This document shows, piece after piece, positions 1 through 11,406 of a DNA stretch of 64,000 nucleotides. The DNA comes from Hyphochytrium catenoides (lineage: Eukaryota > Protista > Hyphochytriomycota): assembly GCA_900088475.1 (NCBI GenBank), contig FLMG01000460.1, forward strand, positions 16,402 to 80,401, written 5' to 3'. The translations under genes and the position numbers were made by a program. A model generated the notes under the pieces. The model searched no databases. It was not told the DNA's origin and saw only the letters and a program-made list of their open reading frames with translations. The number at the start of each line of letters is the position of its first letter. Position 1 is the first letter of the stretch.

Positions 1-3000
1 TCCGTCCCCATATCAATAGGAGTCTAAATCCACTAGCTTTCACTTGCCCTTTCTGTGGATATCATCACCCTGGTCCATATCCCGCAGTCCGCTGCCTTGT
101 CCAAAAAGTCATACCTGGCGGCCACGTCTCTGTGGATAACATCACCCTGGTGCATATTCAGTAAACCGCATGCAGCGTCGCGGAGAAGCGAAGTGCGAAA
201 GTAGCTAGGACAAGAGCTTCCTTGCCAATCATTCACAACCTTGAAGCCACTGTCCACAAGGTCCTTCACACTGCCTAATGGCATGTACTCTGTCACCTGC
301 GGGGCGGCCACATAAAGCGCAAATGGCTTATAAAAGTGGAAACGCCATTCAAACTAGCAGATCTTCTTTGGTTGGACGTACACGAGACCAATAAGTAGTG
401 CATACACAGATACATGGAACCCGTGAAAACAAATGGGGCCCAAGAGGTTGACAGGCCAAAAAAAAGAGACTATGGAGGGGAGGAAGTGCATGGACCTATG
501 TCCGATGGTGACACATATAAGGGCTTACCAGACAGAGCGGGTACGACGGGTCAGTGCACGCCCCCACCATTTGAATGATATTGGGATGGTAACCCAACAG
601 AGAGTGGATGGAGGCCTCATGACGGAGGGAAGCAGCCAGATCGGAGCCCTCGTGAGCACCAGGCCGTAGTTCTTTCACGACAACCTACACGAGGCCCATG
701 GCCAGGGAAGGAGAAAAGGACGGTAGAGTTAGTAATAAGTCACAGGAGGCTGGTCTAGCTGGCTGATAACGGAGACCCGTCAAGGATATGTGGCTCCTAG
801 ATTGTCCCGCCGTTTTCTTAAAAGGCCTCTTTAGGGCTGAGGCATGAGGGACATCACGAAGTAAAGAATACGACTGTAAGCAGCCAAAACGGCCATCTTT
901 TTTCTCACTCCTTACCTCTTGCCCGTGGAGCTTGCACAGAATCGCATCGCCAAAGTTACCTTGCCCCAAGAGTTTAATCACTTCAAGCTCTTTGTAGTTT
1001 ACTTCTCGGTAGGCTGACGGCACAACCTCCATCTCCGTTTGCAGTTGCTCCCACTCAAAAACCCCGGTGGTCTCTCCTCCAACTAGCAGCTTAAAATGCA
1101 GGCGGGCCACCTTCGTGCCTATGACAAGTTTAGCCACCCCTGCAGTCTCAAAAGCTTCAGGCCTTTTCAAACATAAAAGTCGAAAGGAGACACAATCTAT
1201 GTCCCCTCTCCAGCATAGCGTCTGCCACAAGGGGCTCTCTATCCTGAAATACTCCGGGGGAAGCTCTAGAGAAATAGAGATGACCTGCATTCTTTGAATG
1301 GCAAGGGACGCCACGTGTCCTCTCTCCCTGTCTCCTCTTTCCTCAACAGCAAACCTGATGACATCTTCTCTCTGGGTGCGGAGATAAGCATAGATATTTA
1401 TGCGAAAGGACTGTCCGACTGACACAAGTGCAGGAGCAAAGGCGCTGAAGTGCACTTTGTCATTTCTTGGCCGACCCCTTCGCTGAAATTTTGGGAGGTG
1501 CTCTGACGATGAAAAGGGCAGCAGCCAAAGGAAGTGTAGAGTGAGCAAAAAATGAGGGATCTGCGGTGGAGCAAGAAGGCACAAGGACACTTGATTGCTG
1601 CTCCGCTAATCCAGCCAAGAGATATTACAGTCAGCAGAAGGGAAGGTAGCCACGTTGGAGGTGAACCAGATCTAACCTCCTCTGGCCTCTGTCTGCATTG
1701 TATTTGGGTCATGGTCGTCATTCGATATGTGCAGGTCTCGTTCCATGTGGCTGGAAAGCAGCTTCGATAGGACAAGCTCCTTAGGTAACTCCTACAGATG
1801 CATCGTATGCAGTAGGTTCAACGGTCTATGGTTGGCTATCATGGAGGAGACATAGGAGAAGTTCGTCTCACCTCAAGCTTCCGGTTTGGAAAGTCATCGT
1901 ATCTCACGATCATAGAAGGCTTCAAAGACAGAAGCTCTGAGGCTTTTGTAGTCTCATGCTTTTGGGGGCGGAGTTCGGGAATTTGATCCTTTACTGGTAC
2001 AACCATAGAGCGCTGCGGAGACCTGTCATCCTCAACAAGGGCTGAGAGGTCTGGCGACATTGCTGGAGAAAGCTCTTCTTCCATTTGAGAGACGTCTCCC
2101 ATCTGCACATACTAAGCATGGCCACGCTGAAGGTAAACCCGAATTCCCGGAGATGTGGTATAGGACGTAATCCCTTACTCTCATGGGTGCTGGGAGTGCC
2201 ACAATCTGGCCCTCATGGTCCTCTGCGTGGTCGTCCAGTGTATCGTCCAAGAAGGCTTGTGATGACAACGGGACAGCTTCAGACTCCTGTCTAGCAGACA
2301 ACCCTTGAGAAACTTTTGGTACATCAAAAAGCTGAGGTCGGGGTAGAGCTCCCGCTGGAAGTCGAGAACGGGCACCAGGAGGAGACCGAGACGACCCTTC
2401 AGCTACTTTGGGATCCGCTCCTCTTGGTGCAGAATACCTCCTTACTGTTGGTGCTGGCGCTGGCGCTGGAGGTAGCGAAGGTCTAAGTGATGGAGGAGGG
2501 GCTGGAGGTGCGGAGATTGGGAGGGACGGAGGCAAAGGCATTTCACCAGGAAGTACATTGGCAGCTAAGTCGCTCCGATCTGGCTGTGAGACAAATAATG
2601 TTAGGTTGAAACTGTGCTAGGCTTGTGCACATGCATCGCTTTTGATACCGCCCACATCCCTTTTAGTGGAACCACTCACCTCAGGGGTCGACGTCTCGGT
2701 AGGTGCCAAGGGTAGGGGAACAGCACCATAGGGATAGGGTGTGCTTGCCGGAAGTGAGCCATCGGTGCGCATCGGTGAAGTTATCCCATATCCTCCCGGC
2801 GCTGGGTGGGAGCTGAGCTGTTGGGTTCTTGTCCGCGAGGCACTTTCACCTAGGAGTGCTGGAGCGGCTGTAGATGAAGCCAATGAGCCAAGAAAGTAAA
2901 GGGGACTTTAGGGGAGACTAGGTTTAGGTCGTCGCGCTTCAAACTTTGCCCAAAGTAAGTGCTGAAGACCCCCAAACAAGATGAAGCGGGTCGTGGAGGC

Positions 3001-4659
3001 GTTGTATAAGTGAAAGGGCCAGCGGGAAAAGTGCTCTCGACCGCCAGCAAATCCGAATGGAGAAGAGGAGGTAAAGGCAGCTATAATCCAGAGAATTTTA
3101 AAATTATCAGAGGTCCTACCTAGTGGTGTCACGGTCTGAGGTGGTGTGGCAGTCGCTGAACTCAGCTGCTCTCTGGGCTTGCGACGGCGTTTGAGAAAAC
3201 TGGTGATTGATGCTACAACCCCTCTGCCGGCTCTTGCTTTTTGCTCTATAATTCTCCCTGAATTAGGTAACACGGGGAGTTGTCGTAGGGATGCCAGAGG
3301 AGAAATGTTTTGAGGTGAGACAGGACTCAAGTTTTGAGAAGGAAAGAGTCGCGCGGCAAAATTTGAGCTACCAGAAGGAGGTTCCAGGTCAATCAAGATG
3401 CCGGAGCTGTCATGTGATGCGGAGCTCTGGGTCTTGAAGAGCTCTTCTTCTGTCTGTAGCATAATACTTGCTTGAGAAAATGTGACAGCCTTAGTACCTC
3501 CCTTTTGTCGCTTGCCCCGCAGCACTGCCTCCCCTGATGCCTTCTTCTTTGCTTGTTTGGCAACCTTCTTCTCCTTCTCTTTCTCCTGCACTTAAAGGGA
3601 CGTGAATCACGGGAAGGAGCAGTCAGGATTCAGCATGGTCACCTCCTACCAGTTGGGCTGATTGTAAATGAATCCTCCTGTAGTATGGCTGACTCAGCGT
3701 CAAGGAAGGTGAGACGTGGCACGAAAGGTGAGACATTCAGCCTGCGCGTTGAAAGCAAAACTTCTTGCAAAGGCGCGGCCTAATAGCAAAAGAAAGACGA
3801 AGGATGTCCATCGTCACTAACCTCCTTCTACCTCATCCTCCTTCTGCAGAAAAGGATGATTCAGTAGCTCTTCGATGCCTCGACTTCCCAATCTGCAAGT
3901 GGGATCAGGATCCAGCAGTCTGCGCAAAAAGTCTTCCAACCCTATCACTGCATTCCAAGGTCTTGGCAGCTCCCAAGCCGAGCCCGAAGGACTAACCTTG
4001 CCACTTATTATTTCGAAGAGAACGACAGCAAGACTCCACCAGTCAGCAGCAGGCCATAGAATAGGGACCTCATTCTTGTTTATGGCCTGAAACACCTCAG
4101 GCGCAAGGTACGGCCGCACGCTGTCGTCAAACTTGAGGACGCGGATGAGTCCTTCAGCGGTGTACCCATGGTCAGAGAGCACTATGTCACCACTGTCGGA
4201 AATGAAGGCAGCGGAAGGTCTTAAACATCCATATGCAATGTCACTAGCATGAAACTGATGTAAGGTATGAATAAGTTGCCTGGTCCAGACGCGAAGGATC
4301 CCAGGCGTCAAGGCCTTCCCATTAGAGGCCGAAAGATCTAGAGATCTCGGGTAGTGCTTGCGACCAATGTAAATCTGACCGGCATGATGCTGAATGAACT
4401 CCACCTTCCGCACACCTCGTAACCAAGGAACTTCGCATAAGGGCAAAACATCTTGGCCATCGCATCCCTCGATAGTGCCAAGCAAGTCTTTGGCAGTGTC
4501 ACTGAGCGTTATATTCTGTTCCCCAAGAAATTCGGCAGCAGTCAGGCTGGAATCTGACCGGCTAATTATATATGCCTGGTTAGTCGCGTTGTGAGTGCCG
4601 ACAAGCACATCGCCGTACGGTCCTTGTTCCTTCACGACAAGCTGCAGATTCTGAAGCAT
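1..4659 (-). CDS. Multi-exon protein kinase, truncated by the window edge: N-terminal AGC-like pseudokinase, Pro/Ser-rich linker, beta-rich domain, C-terminal TKL-type kinase
   Basis: ORF 3817-4659 has a kinase layout (YLAPE, ADWWSLAVVLFEIISGK, RRLLDPDPTCRLG, HPFL). The next exon encodes an AGC-tail-like SPFVP. C-terminal exons give LGQGNFGDA, VVVKE, HPNIIQMVGAC, VTEYMPLGS and IHRDVAAR. All intervening ORFs join through in-phase GT-AG introns. Confidence 0.8.
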
Positions 4660-5444
4660 TGTCTCTTTTCGCCATCAATGGAAAGACGTTCGTCTTCCGT
4701 AGATGTCACCAAGATATCTGTTAAACCCCTATGCCTTCGTCTGCACCAGAGCTCTCAAACGACATTTCACGGGCCCCAAGTGAGACTTTTTGAGACTTTG
4801 TGCGACAACTTGTCGACCCAAGTGCCGTGATATCGATTATAAGCAGGTACGGGTCAGAGTCATCTCTTGATAGACCTACATTCCGACAATGTCCCTACAA
4901 AGGACAACTGGCAGTGGAGTATGGACATCGAGTCGGAACTCAACCAAAGCTCGGCAATCTCTGGGATCATCATGAACGCTAACGGGTATATCCTTTTGCA
5001 GATTGCTGGCGCTTCTGATGTTGCTGAAGCTTCAACATTGGGAATCTGAATATCAATAAGAAGAATCTATGCTCCGGGAGATGAGTAGATTACTTATAAG
5101 CGATAACTAACAGTTTGCCCCTTTTCTTCTTATCGATTCTTGGAAGATTTGTTGCTGGAGTATCGAAAGTTCTGGACCGTGTGTTCCCTAACATCGCGCC
5201 GCCTTCATCATTCATCGTGTCCTCAATCTAGAGCTATCTAGTCTCTCGACCGATGAAGGCGCCGAAATGTACACCTCAGATAGCTCCTGTGGTTGGTTCA
5301 GCACTTTCTGTTTCATCAGTACAAGCTTCAGACGGGCGCTCGTTGCCACTTGATTGTTCCAAGTACCAGTGTTAAGGACACCACGAGGCTGAGTGTGCGC
5401 TTGTAAGAGCTTTACGTCTACTAGGAACTTGCGGCCGTGGAAGG

Positions 5445-6479
5445 ATGGTCTTGGGACCGGTACCTGTAGATCCTCAACATGTACAAGAAGACATTGCCGA
5501 GTTGCGGTCCATCATTGAGCAGACTAAGTCAAGGACGTTACGAGGTGTCTTCGCTGCGCATTTAGAGGAGCTTTTGAAGCAGGAGCAGCAGCAAAGGACC
5601 AAAGAGCAGAGCAGCAGCAGCGAACAGCAATCACCCAGCCAGGTTCCCTTTGTGGAAGCAAATAAAGCAGCGGAGAACAGAGGATCACTATCTTCTCAGA
5701 CCACGAAGTACAAGGAGCCTTCTTTCGGCTGGGAAGATGAAGGTGGGCGATGCGCTATTACCCCATTGGCGTTATAAAGCGATTCCACTTAGCTGGCTTG
5801 CATGGTCCAACCTGCCTAGGCTGGGGCAAGGAGAAGGTTCAAATCTACCTCCTCTCGGGTCTTGATGGTGTTGGAGACCTCCCCAAAGAGAACATTACCT
5901 GTGACTTCACGACTACAAGTTTCGACCTTAAGGTGCCGCGCGATGACTTACTATACCGCTTTGAAAACGTATTATGCTTATGCGTTATGTCCGCTTCCCA
6001 TAGGTTCACGGGCTGAATGGCCAAAACCTCAGGTAAGTCACAAGTTAACGTAGTGGTGAGTGGCGAAGGTCCATTGCAAGCTGAGAAACAACTGCGCAGG
6101 CTTCGGCGAGAGAACCTCTACAAGGAGATTGACCCGGCCAGATCCACATATAGACTGAAGAAGAATAGAATCACCATCGTGCTGCATAAGAAGTCGAAGG
6201 ATGAGACGTGGACCACTCTAGTAGCCAAAACGACAACAAAGAGGGCTTCTAAGGATGCAGATCTTGGCAGAGACCCTACTGCAGGCATTATGGACATGAT
6301 GAAGGTACCGTTAGCTACAGCTTGACCAGGATATCTACCGTTCTTTCTGTGGGCTGAATGTCTATTTCTTGCAGAATCTATATGAGGAAGGTGATGCTGA
6401 AATGAAGCGAACTATCGCGAAGGCTTGGGAGGAGAGTAGAACAAAGCGTGGAGGGATGGATGATCTAGGTGGCTTGTAG
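5445..6479 (+). CDS. CACYBP: Calcyclin-binding protein / Siah-interacting protein (helical N-terminus, CS domain, SGS domain), 5 exons
   Basis: Spliced product reads ...FGWEDEGWGKEKVQIYL...CDFTTTSFDLKVHGLNGQNLRL...LYKEID...[33 protein letters not shown]. The last part is the SGS signature. Four canonical introns of roughly 70-80 nt. Confidence 0.93.
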
Positions 6480-7224
6480 TATGAAGGGCATTGTGAACGC
6501 TGCAAGGGAAAGTTGAAGGAAATTCCATCAACCTTTCTAGCTCTGTGACCCTAGTGAAGTGCCCGCTAATCAGACTCTGGACGAAATTTTCATCTCAGCT
6601 TATCTACCACCGCCTGAATATTGTTGGTTTAAAATGTGGCTGCACGCGCGGGATCTCAGTACTAGAGTCTGTCTCTTGCTAACCCTCAACAAACGAAGTC
6701 GCGATTGACTTGCTGCTTATCATAGCCATTCATTGCTCCCTTTCCCATTGCAATGCTGATGCGACTGACGTAGACCCGAAGAGGCCTAGTTGCCGCCAAC
6801 TCTCCATGATCGTAACTTCCATACGTCATTGGCTAGCATGCTTTGGAAAACTGTCAGGACCGCTAGTATCTCTAATCATGATGAGAAAGCGTCTCCACTT
6901 CGTTCGCATGAGTGTGAGCTACACAGCAGCAGCAAGAATAACACGCGACAATACCAGCTTCGGAGCCACTCGGTAGCAGGATGTTCGAGAGTAAGAGGGA
7001 AAGTCATCAGAAAGAGTGTAACGCACGTCAAACTAATTCTTTGCCATCATCATGCCGCTGCGTCATCAAAAAGCAAACAACAAGAGAAGGAAAATAACGG
7101 ACGTATAAACTAGCCGTTAGAGGCCCCACGACTGCTGCGTCTGTGTATTTGTCTGAGGATGAGAGGAGAGAGGAAGGGACACTCTATGAAGAGGGAATGG
7201 CAGACGTCAGCCATTTCTTCGTCC

Positions 7225-7345
7225 TCTTCCTTCCTCTCTCTCTCTTCGCTCTCTTCTCTCTCTTCTCTCTCTTCTCTCTTTCTCTCTCTCTCTTTCTCTC
7301 TCTCTCTCTGTCTCTCTCTCTGCCTCTGTCTCTCTCTCTCTCTTT
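7225..7345. repeat. (CT)n-rich microsatellite / polypyrimidine tract
   Basis: Visible ctctctct runs; these generate the spurious LSLS/RERE ORFs in the track. Confidence 0.9.
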
Positions 7346-7922
7346 ATCTCGTTCACTCTCTCGCTATTTGCCCCTGTCTCTCTCGCATCCAAAGTGCCAC
7401 AACTCTATGCCACTCTCTCTTACTTCAACCTCCCTCCTCTCTCTCCTCCTGTTACTTTCTCTCCCGTCATCAGGCGATGAACCAACCTTCTTTTCCTCTC
7501 CTCAGTCAGAAGGAATAGGTTCCACGGGGTGTCTCTTTTCTCTCTTCGAGCTTTCTCCTTCCAATTTCCTCCTTATTTGAACCCCTGTGTTAGACCTCAA
7601 GATTCTTTTTCTTGGGAGGGGTCCGCCCTCTCAGGCGCCTTGAAGGAACCGAGAGCCGTTCAGCGTTCAGCGGCGGAAGAGAGCCTAAAGCTCCAATCCC
7701 TAGCAATGGTCACACGCTGCGAAAGAGCGGCAAAGGCTCTGATGATCTGTCTCACCTGAAGCACAAGTACTTCTAAAGATTCCCTCGCCCGCCAGCCTAC
7801 TTAAGGGTTAATACAGAGCCGTGAGAGCTATAGAAAGACCTCAAGATATTCGGACATGATATCAGCGTCTCAATAGTAGAGTCCTTAGCATCTGCAGTAG
7901 TAAAAATCACCTAACTCAAACT

Positions 7923-8969
7923 ATGATTCGAAGCTTCACAAGATACGGCAGGGTGCTTGCCCCAAGTAGCGCGCTTTGTCACGGCGTCAAGAAGAAACCA
8001 TATTTCCCACCTCCATCAATCTTTAGAGGGCAAGGAGGAGTGCCTTTGGCATCCCATGAGATGTTCCCGACGCCATCCGCTGACTTCAGGGAGAGTCCCC
8101 CAGACCAGAGGCAACACCTCATAAGCAGAAATACATCGTCGGCTGATCGCTTCTGCGCCTCTTTGGTTGAGCTAGCGGACATGATCAGCAGGTTGGTTTT
8201 CTTTTGTGAACGCGCTGCACGGCAGCCAAGTCGGTTCGCAGACTGAGAACTTTTGTTAGGGACCCCGCCGTCGCTGAGCGAATGAAGAACCAAGTTAGGG
8301 CGCAGCTGCAACAGGAGATTGTCTGTGCAGTCTCCACGCTACAAAGAAGCCAACAGGCCGAAGCAGCAACATATCGAGTGCCTCAAAGCACCTTGCAGCT
8401 GATTGCATTTCGAAGCTCTATACCATTTGTCTGCTTTGGTTTTGTAGACAATGCGGTGCTCATTCTCGCCGGAGATGCAATAGATCTCACTTTGGGAATG
8501 AAGTTTGGAATCTCCACAATGGCAGCTGCCGCGCTAGGAAACATTGTCTCCAATGTTGTCGGCCTAGGTAAGGTAGAGAGCCAAGAACCAAGAGAATAGG
8601 AACATAGAGAGAAAAGAAGAGAGAAAGGACAAAGGCAGCTTTGGAAAGAGCTGGAAAAGATCGAGAGAAAGGCCCAATGATAGAGAACCTTCTGCTCATA
8701 GAGTGTTAATGTTTAGGGCTAGGAGGAGTGATAGAGGACGTCACAGAGAAGTTAAACATCCCCAAGCCCAAGCTCTCCTACTATCAGGTAACTTTGAGAG
8801 CACTGTTGTCTCTATACGGAACACAGATACATCCCCTCTCAGAGACTGACTGCCACATACTTGTTAGAGCCACTTACGGTCGGTGCGTGTAGCACATTAC
8901 ACTGGGCTCTCTCTGGGAACCATAGCGGGTTGTGTTATTGGAATGGCTCCGCTACTCTTCATTGGTTAG
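7923..8969 (+). CDS. TMEM65: Transmembrane protein 65 homologue (mitochondrial inner membrane), 4 exons
   Basis: IPFVCFGFVDNAVLILAGDAIDLTLGMKFGISTMAAAALGNIVSNVVGLG|LGGVIE...GTIAGCVIGMAPLLFIG* matches the TMEM65 consensus. The Arg-rich N-terminus resembles a targeting peptide. Confidence 0.9.
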
Positions 8970-9162
8970 AGACCGAGGACCACTTTGCCCATCATTTTGC
9001 AGCTCTGGATCGCGTCGTGCTGTGCTAAGAGAACCTATTATCGGCCTCCGACCCGAAGATCTCAGAAGAATACCTGTACACAAGTTCTTTACGTGGTGGG
9101 CTGTATATGTCAATCTTCATGGTGGGTGTGTGATCCTATTTCGCAGCACATGGCTAACGAAG

Positions 9163-11406
9163 CTAGAAGTAGCGCTCCATCAGTGCTTGTGCAAGCTCGT
9201 CTCTCTCCTTGTGAGTCAAAGCTTCGAGGACGGGGCCAGCTAAGCGTCTTCTTAGCGGACCACCGCGTACTCTGGCAACGTGATCCAAAACCTTGATGGC
9301 CTCGTCCTCTTGCCCATTTTTACAGAGTACTCGGGTAAGGGAACGAAAGGTGCCTTCAAAAAGTTTCATTCCCTTTTGTTCCAGCAACTCTAGCGTCTCA
9401 TGGACCCGGTGTGGCATTCCTGCGGCTGCATAGCATCGAAGGAGCCAGGAATAGTACTGGGAGCCTAGCGTAACTCCCTCTGCATTGGCTCTCTCCCTAA
9501 GCCCCTCCGCCTCCACGACGTTCCTGTCATGATAATAGACTCTCGCTAGATAAATAAACGCCTTTTCGGTAATCACCAGCTTCGCTTTCTTCAGTGACTC
9601 AAAGACTTCTTCAGCACCGTCAACGTCATTAGCGTAAGCACAACCGGCTAACCGAGCATAAAGCCTCTGCTCCAGAGGAAAGCTGAGCACCTCCATCCGG
9701 GCCAATAGGTCCTCTGCCAGGTCTTTATGTCCTGCCGCTGTAAGATGTGTGACCAAAGAATGATAGGCGGGACCCAGCCTTGACAAACCCAAGATTTTCT
9801 CTTGTTCTGCCTCCTTGAGGAGACCAATCGCCTCATCAAACCTCCACCTTCGCGCAAGGGTACTGACTAGAGTCAGTTTCCCCTCAATGTAAACGGAGGG
9901 CAGTAATCTGCCAGCAGATGCGAGATTGTTGAAAAGATTTACAGCACTGTCTGTCATCTGAAGGTCACCCAGAGCATCAATAGTCGACCGGATCAGAGGC
10001 TGAGTGATACCGAAGCCGGCCTCCTCCATTGCCTTGAATAGGTCATAAACTTTTTGCATGTTTCCATGATAGATATGCGCTTCAATACACACTTCAAACG
10101 TCCGGCGGGAAAGGGAAAGGCCTCTATCCCTCATGAGACCTACCACCCCGTCCATTCCATCCCAATCGCCGACCTGTGCATAACCGTTCAAGAGCATATC
10201 GTACGCTTTGCTCGGGATGGCTTCTCTTGGCTCGATCTCGCTAATTAGAGTCAGAGCGGTTGCTGGATCTCCAATAAAGGAGTAAGCGTATGCCAGAACG
10301 ACTCTTTTATTCGCCTCTCGTGCCTCCACTTCCATTTCGAACTTGCGATGAAGTTTCAAGAGCTTATGCACCTCCCCACTTTCCCTCGCTTCTGTCCGCT
10401 TTCGAAGTGCATTGTAGAAAGCTCCAAGCTTCACAAAGTCCCTATTACGGGCTGCTGGTTTGCTAGAGTCGCAGAGATACCAGCGGCTAACATATGGCGT
10501 AGCATGGTCTCTTATAGCTCGTAGTAGCTCTGTGACCAGATCATCACCAAATGAGAGAGAAGGATATCGTGCAACTGTCCACAGGAGGACCCTCGCACGC
10601 CAGATGTGTTTCCCAAAAACACTGTCGAGCGGAACATCATAGCCAAAGTACTGCACAGATTTCCGACTCCTAAGAAACTTGATCAAAACCATCCCTTCTG
10701 CTTTTAAGGCGGCCGCAACGTTCTCCTTTATATAGCAGTCAAAGGGTTCCAGTGATCTTTGCAAAGGTCGTCTGTCTAAATGCGCCAAGACCTCCATTCT
10801 GAGAACCAACTTGGAAGTAAGGAAAGTAGATTTAGCTGTTGACAGTACCATGTGGCGCAGTTTCTCCGTTGTGACGTTATCATTCTCATTAAGAAGCTTC
10901 CTCATAAGCGCAACGATGAAGGTCAACACCGCGTCATCTACTTCAGGATGCTCAGCACTAATGTGAAGCAGGTGCTCGGAGGCTAAGAGGGCGGAGGGCC
11001 CAGAGAAGAACTTCGCCATACCCGAAATAGCCGCTTTGTGATTGGACACGTGCCTCGAAATGAAGAGAGCTGTAAGCAGGGCATCCGCCTGACGTCTGTC
11101 ACCCTTATGATACAGCTCTACTATCTTAGATACGGCCTCTGTTGTATGTAGACGTCCGTTGGGCGACAGAGGTGCTGGCGTCCGCAGCCGGTGACTTGAT
11201 TGTCCTTTTGACGAGCCAGACACAAGTTGCAAGTGGTCATTAGAAGTAGCATGCAGTGGTTTCTCAACCGTCCTAAGGGTTTCAACAGAGAATGCACGCA
11301 AGAAGATCGTCCCGATATCAACAGCCCTAGGCCTACGGTGCCCGATAAGCTTTTGTGCACAGCTTCTGCCAACTTGCGTCAAGATTGGCTGAGCCAGTTT
11401 AGGCAT
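9163..11406 (-). CDS. Pentatricopeptide-repeat (PPR) protein, intronless, probably organelle-targeted
   Basis: ~750 aa ORF with ~35-aa helical repeats, e.g. AYDMLLNGYAQVGDWDGMDGVVGLMRDRGL, TFEVCIEAHIYHGNMQKVYDLFKAMEEAGF, YYSWLLRCYAAAGMPHRVHETLELLEQKGM. First ATG at 11406. Confidence 0.85.
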   Translation of the reverse strand: MPKLAQPILTQVGRSCAQKLIGHRRPRAVDIGTIFLRAFSVETLRTVEKPLHATSNDHLQLVSGSSKGQSSHRLRTPAPLSPNGRLHTTEAVSKIVELYHKGDRRQADALLTALFISRHVSNHKAAISGMAKFFSGPSALLASEHLLHISAEHPEVDDAVLTFIVALMRKLLNENDNVTTEKLRHMVLSTAKSTFLTSKLVLRMEVLAHLDRRPLQRSLEPFDCYIKENVAAALKAEGMVLIKFLRSRKSVQYFGYDVPLDSVFGKHIWRARVLLWTVARYPSLSFGDDLVTELLRAIRDHATPYVSRWYLCDSSKPAARNRDFVKLGAFYNALRKRTEARESGEVHKLLKLHRKFEMEVEAREANKRVVLAYAYSFIGDPATALTLISEIEPREAIPSKAYDMLLNGYAQVGDWDGMDGVVGLMRDRGLSLSRRTFEVCIEAHIYHGNMQKVYDLFKAMEEAGFGITQPLIRSTIDALGDLQMTDSAVNLFNNLASAGRLLPSVYIEGKLTLVSTLARRWRFDEAIGLLKEAEQEKILGLSRLGPAYHSLVTHLTAAGHKDLAEDLLARMEVLSFPLEQRLYARLAGCAYANDVDGAEEVFESLKKAKLVITEKAFIYLARVYYHDRNVVEAEGLRERANAEGVTLGSQYYSWLLRCYAAAGMPHRVHETLELLEQKGMKLFEGTFRSLTRVLCKNGQEDEAIKVLDHVARVRGGPLRRRLAGPVLEALTHKERDELAQALMERYF

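Noticed and set aside
7143-7580. ORFs with LSLSLS / RERERE runs (also at 63218-63798)
   Set aside because: These are translations of (CT)n microsatellites.
7923-11406. Convergent TMEM65 and PPR genes as a mitochondrial functional cluster
   Set aside because: Adjacency in a compact genome is not evidence of co-function.
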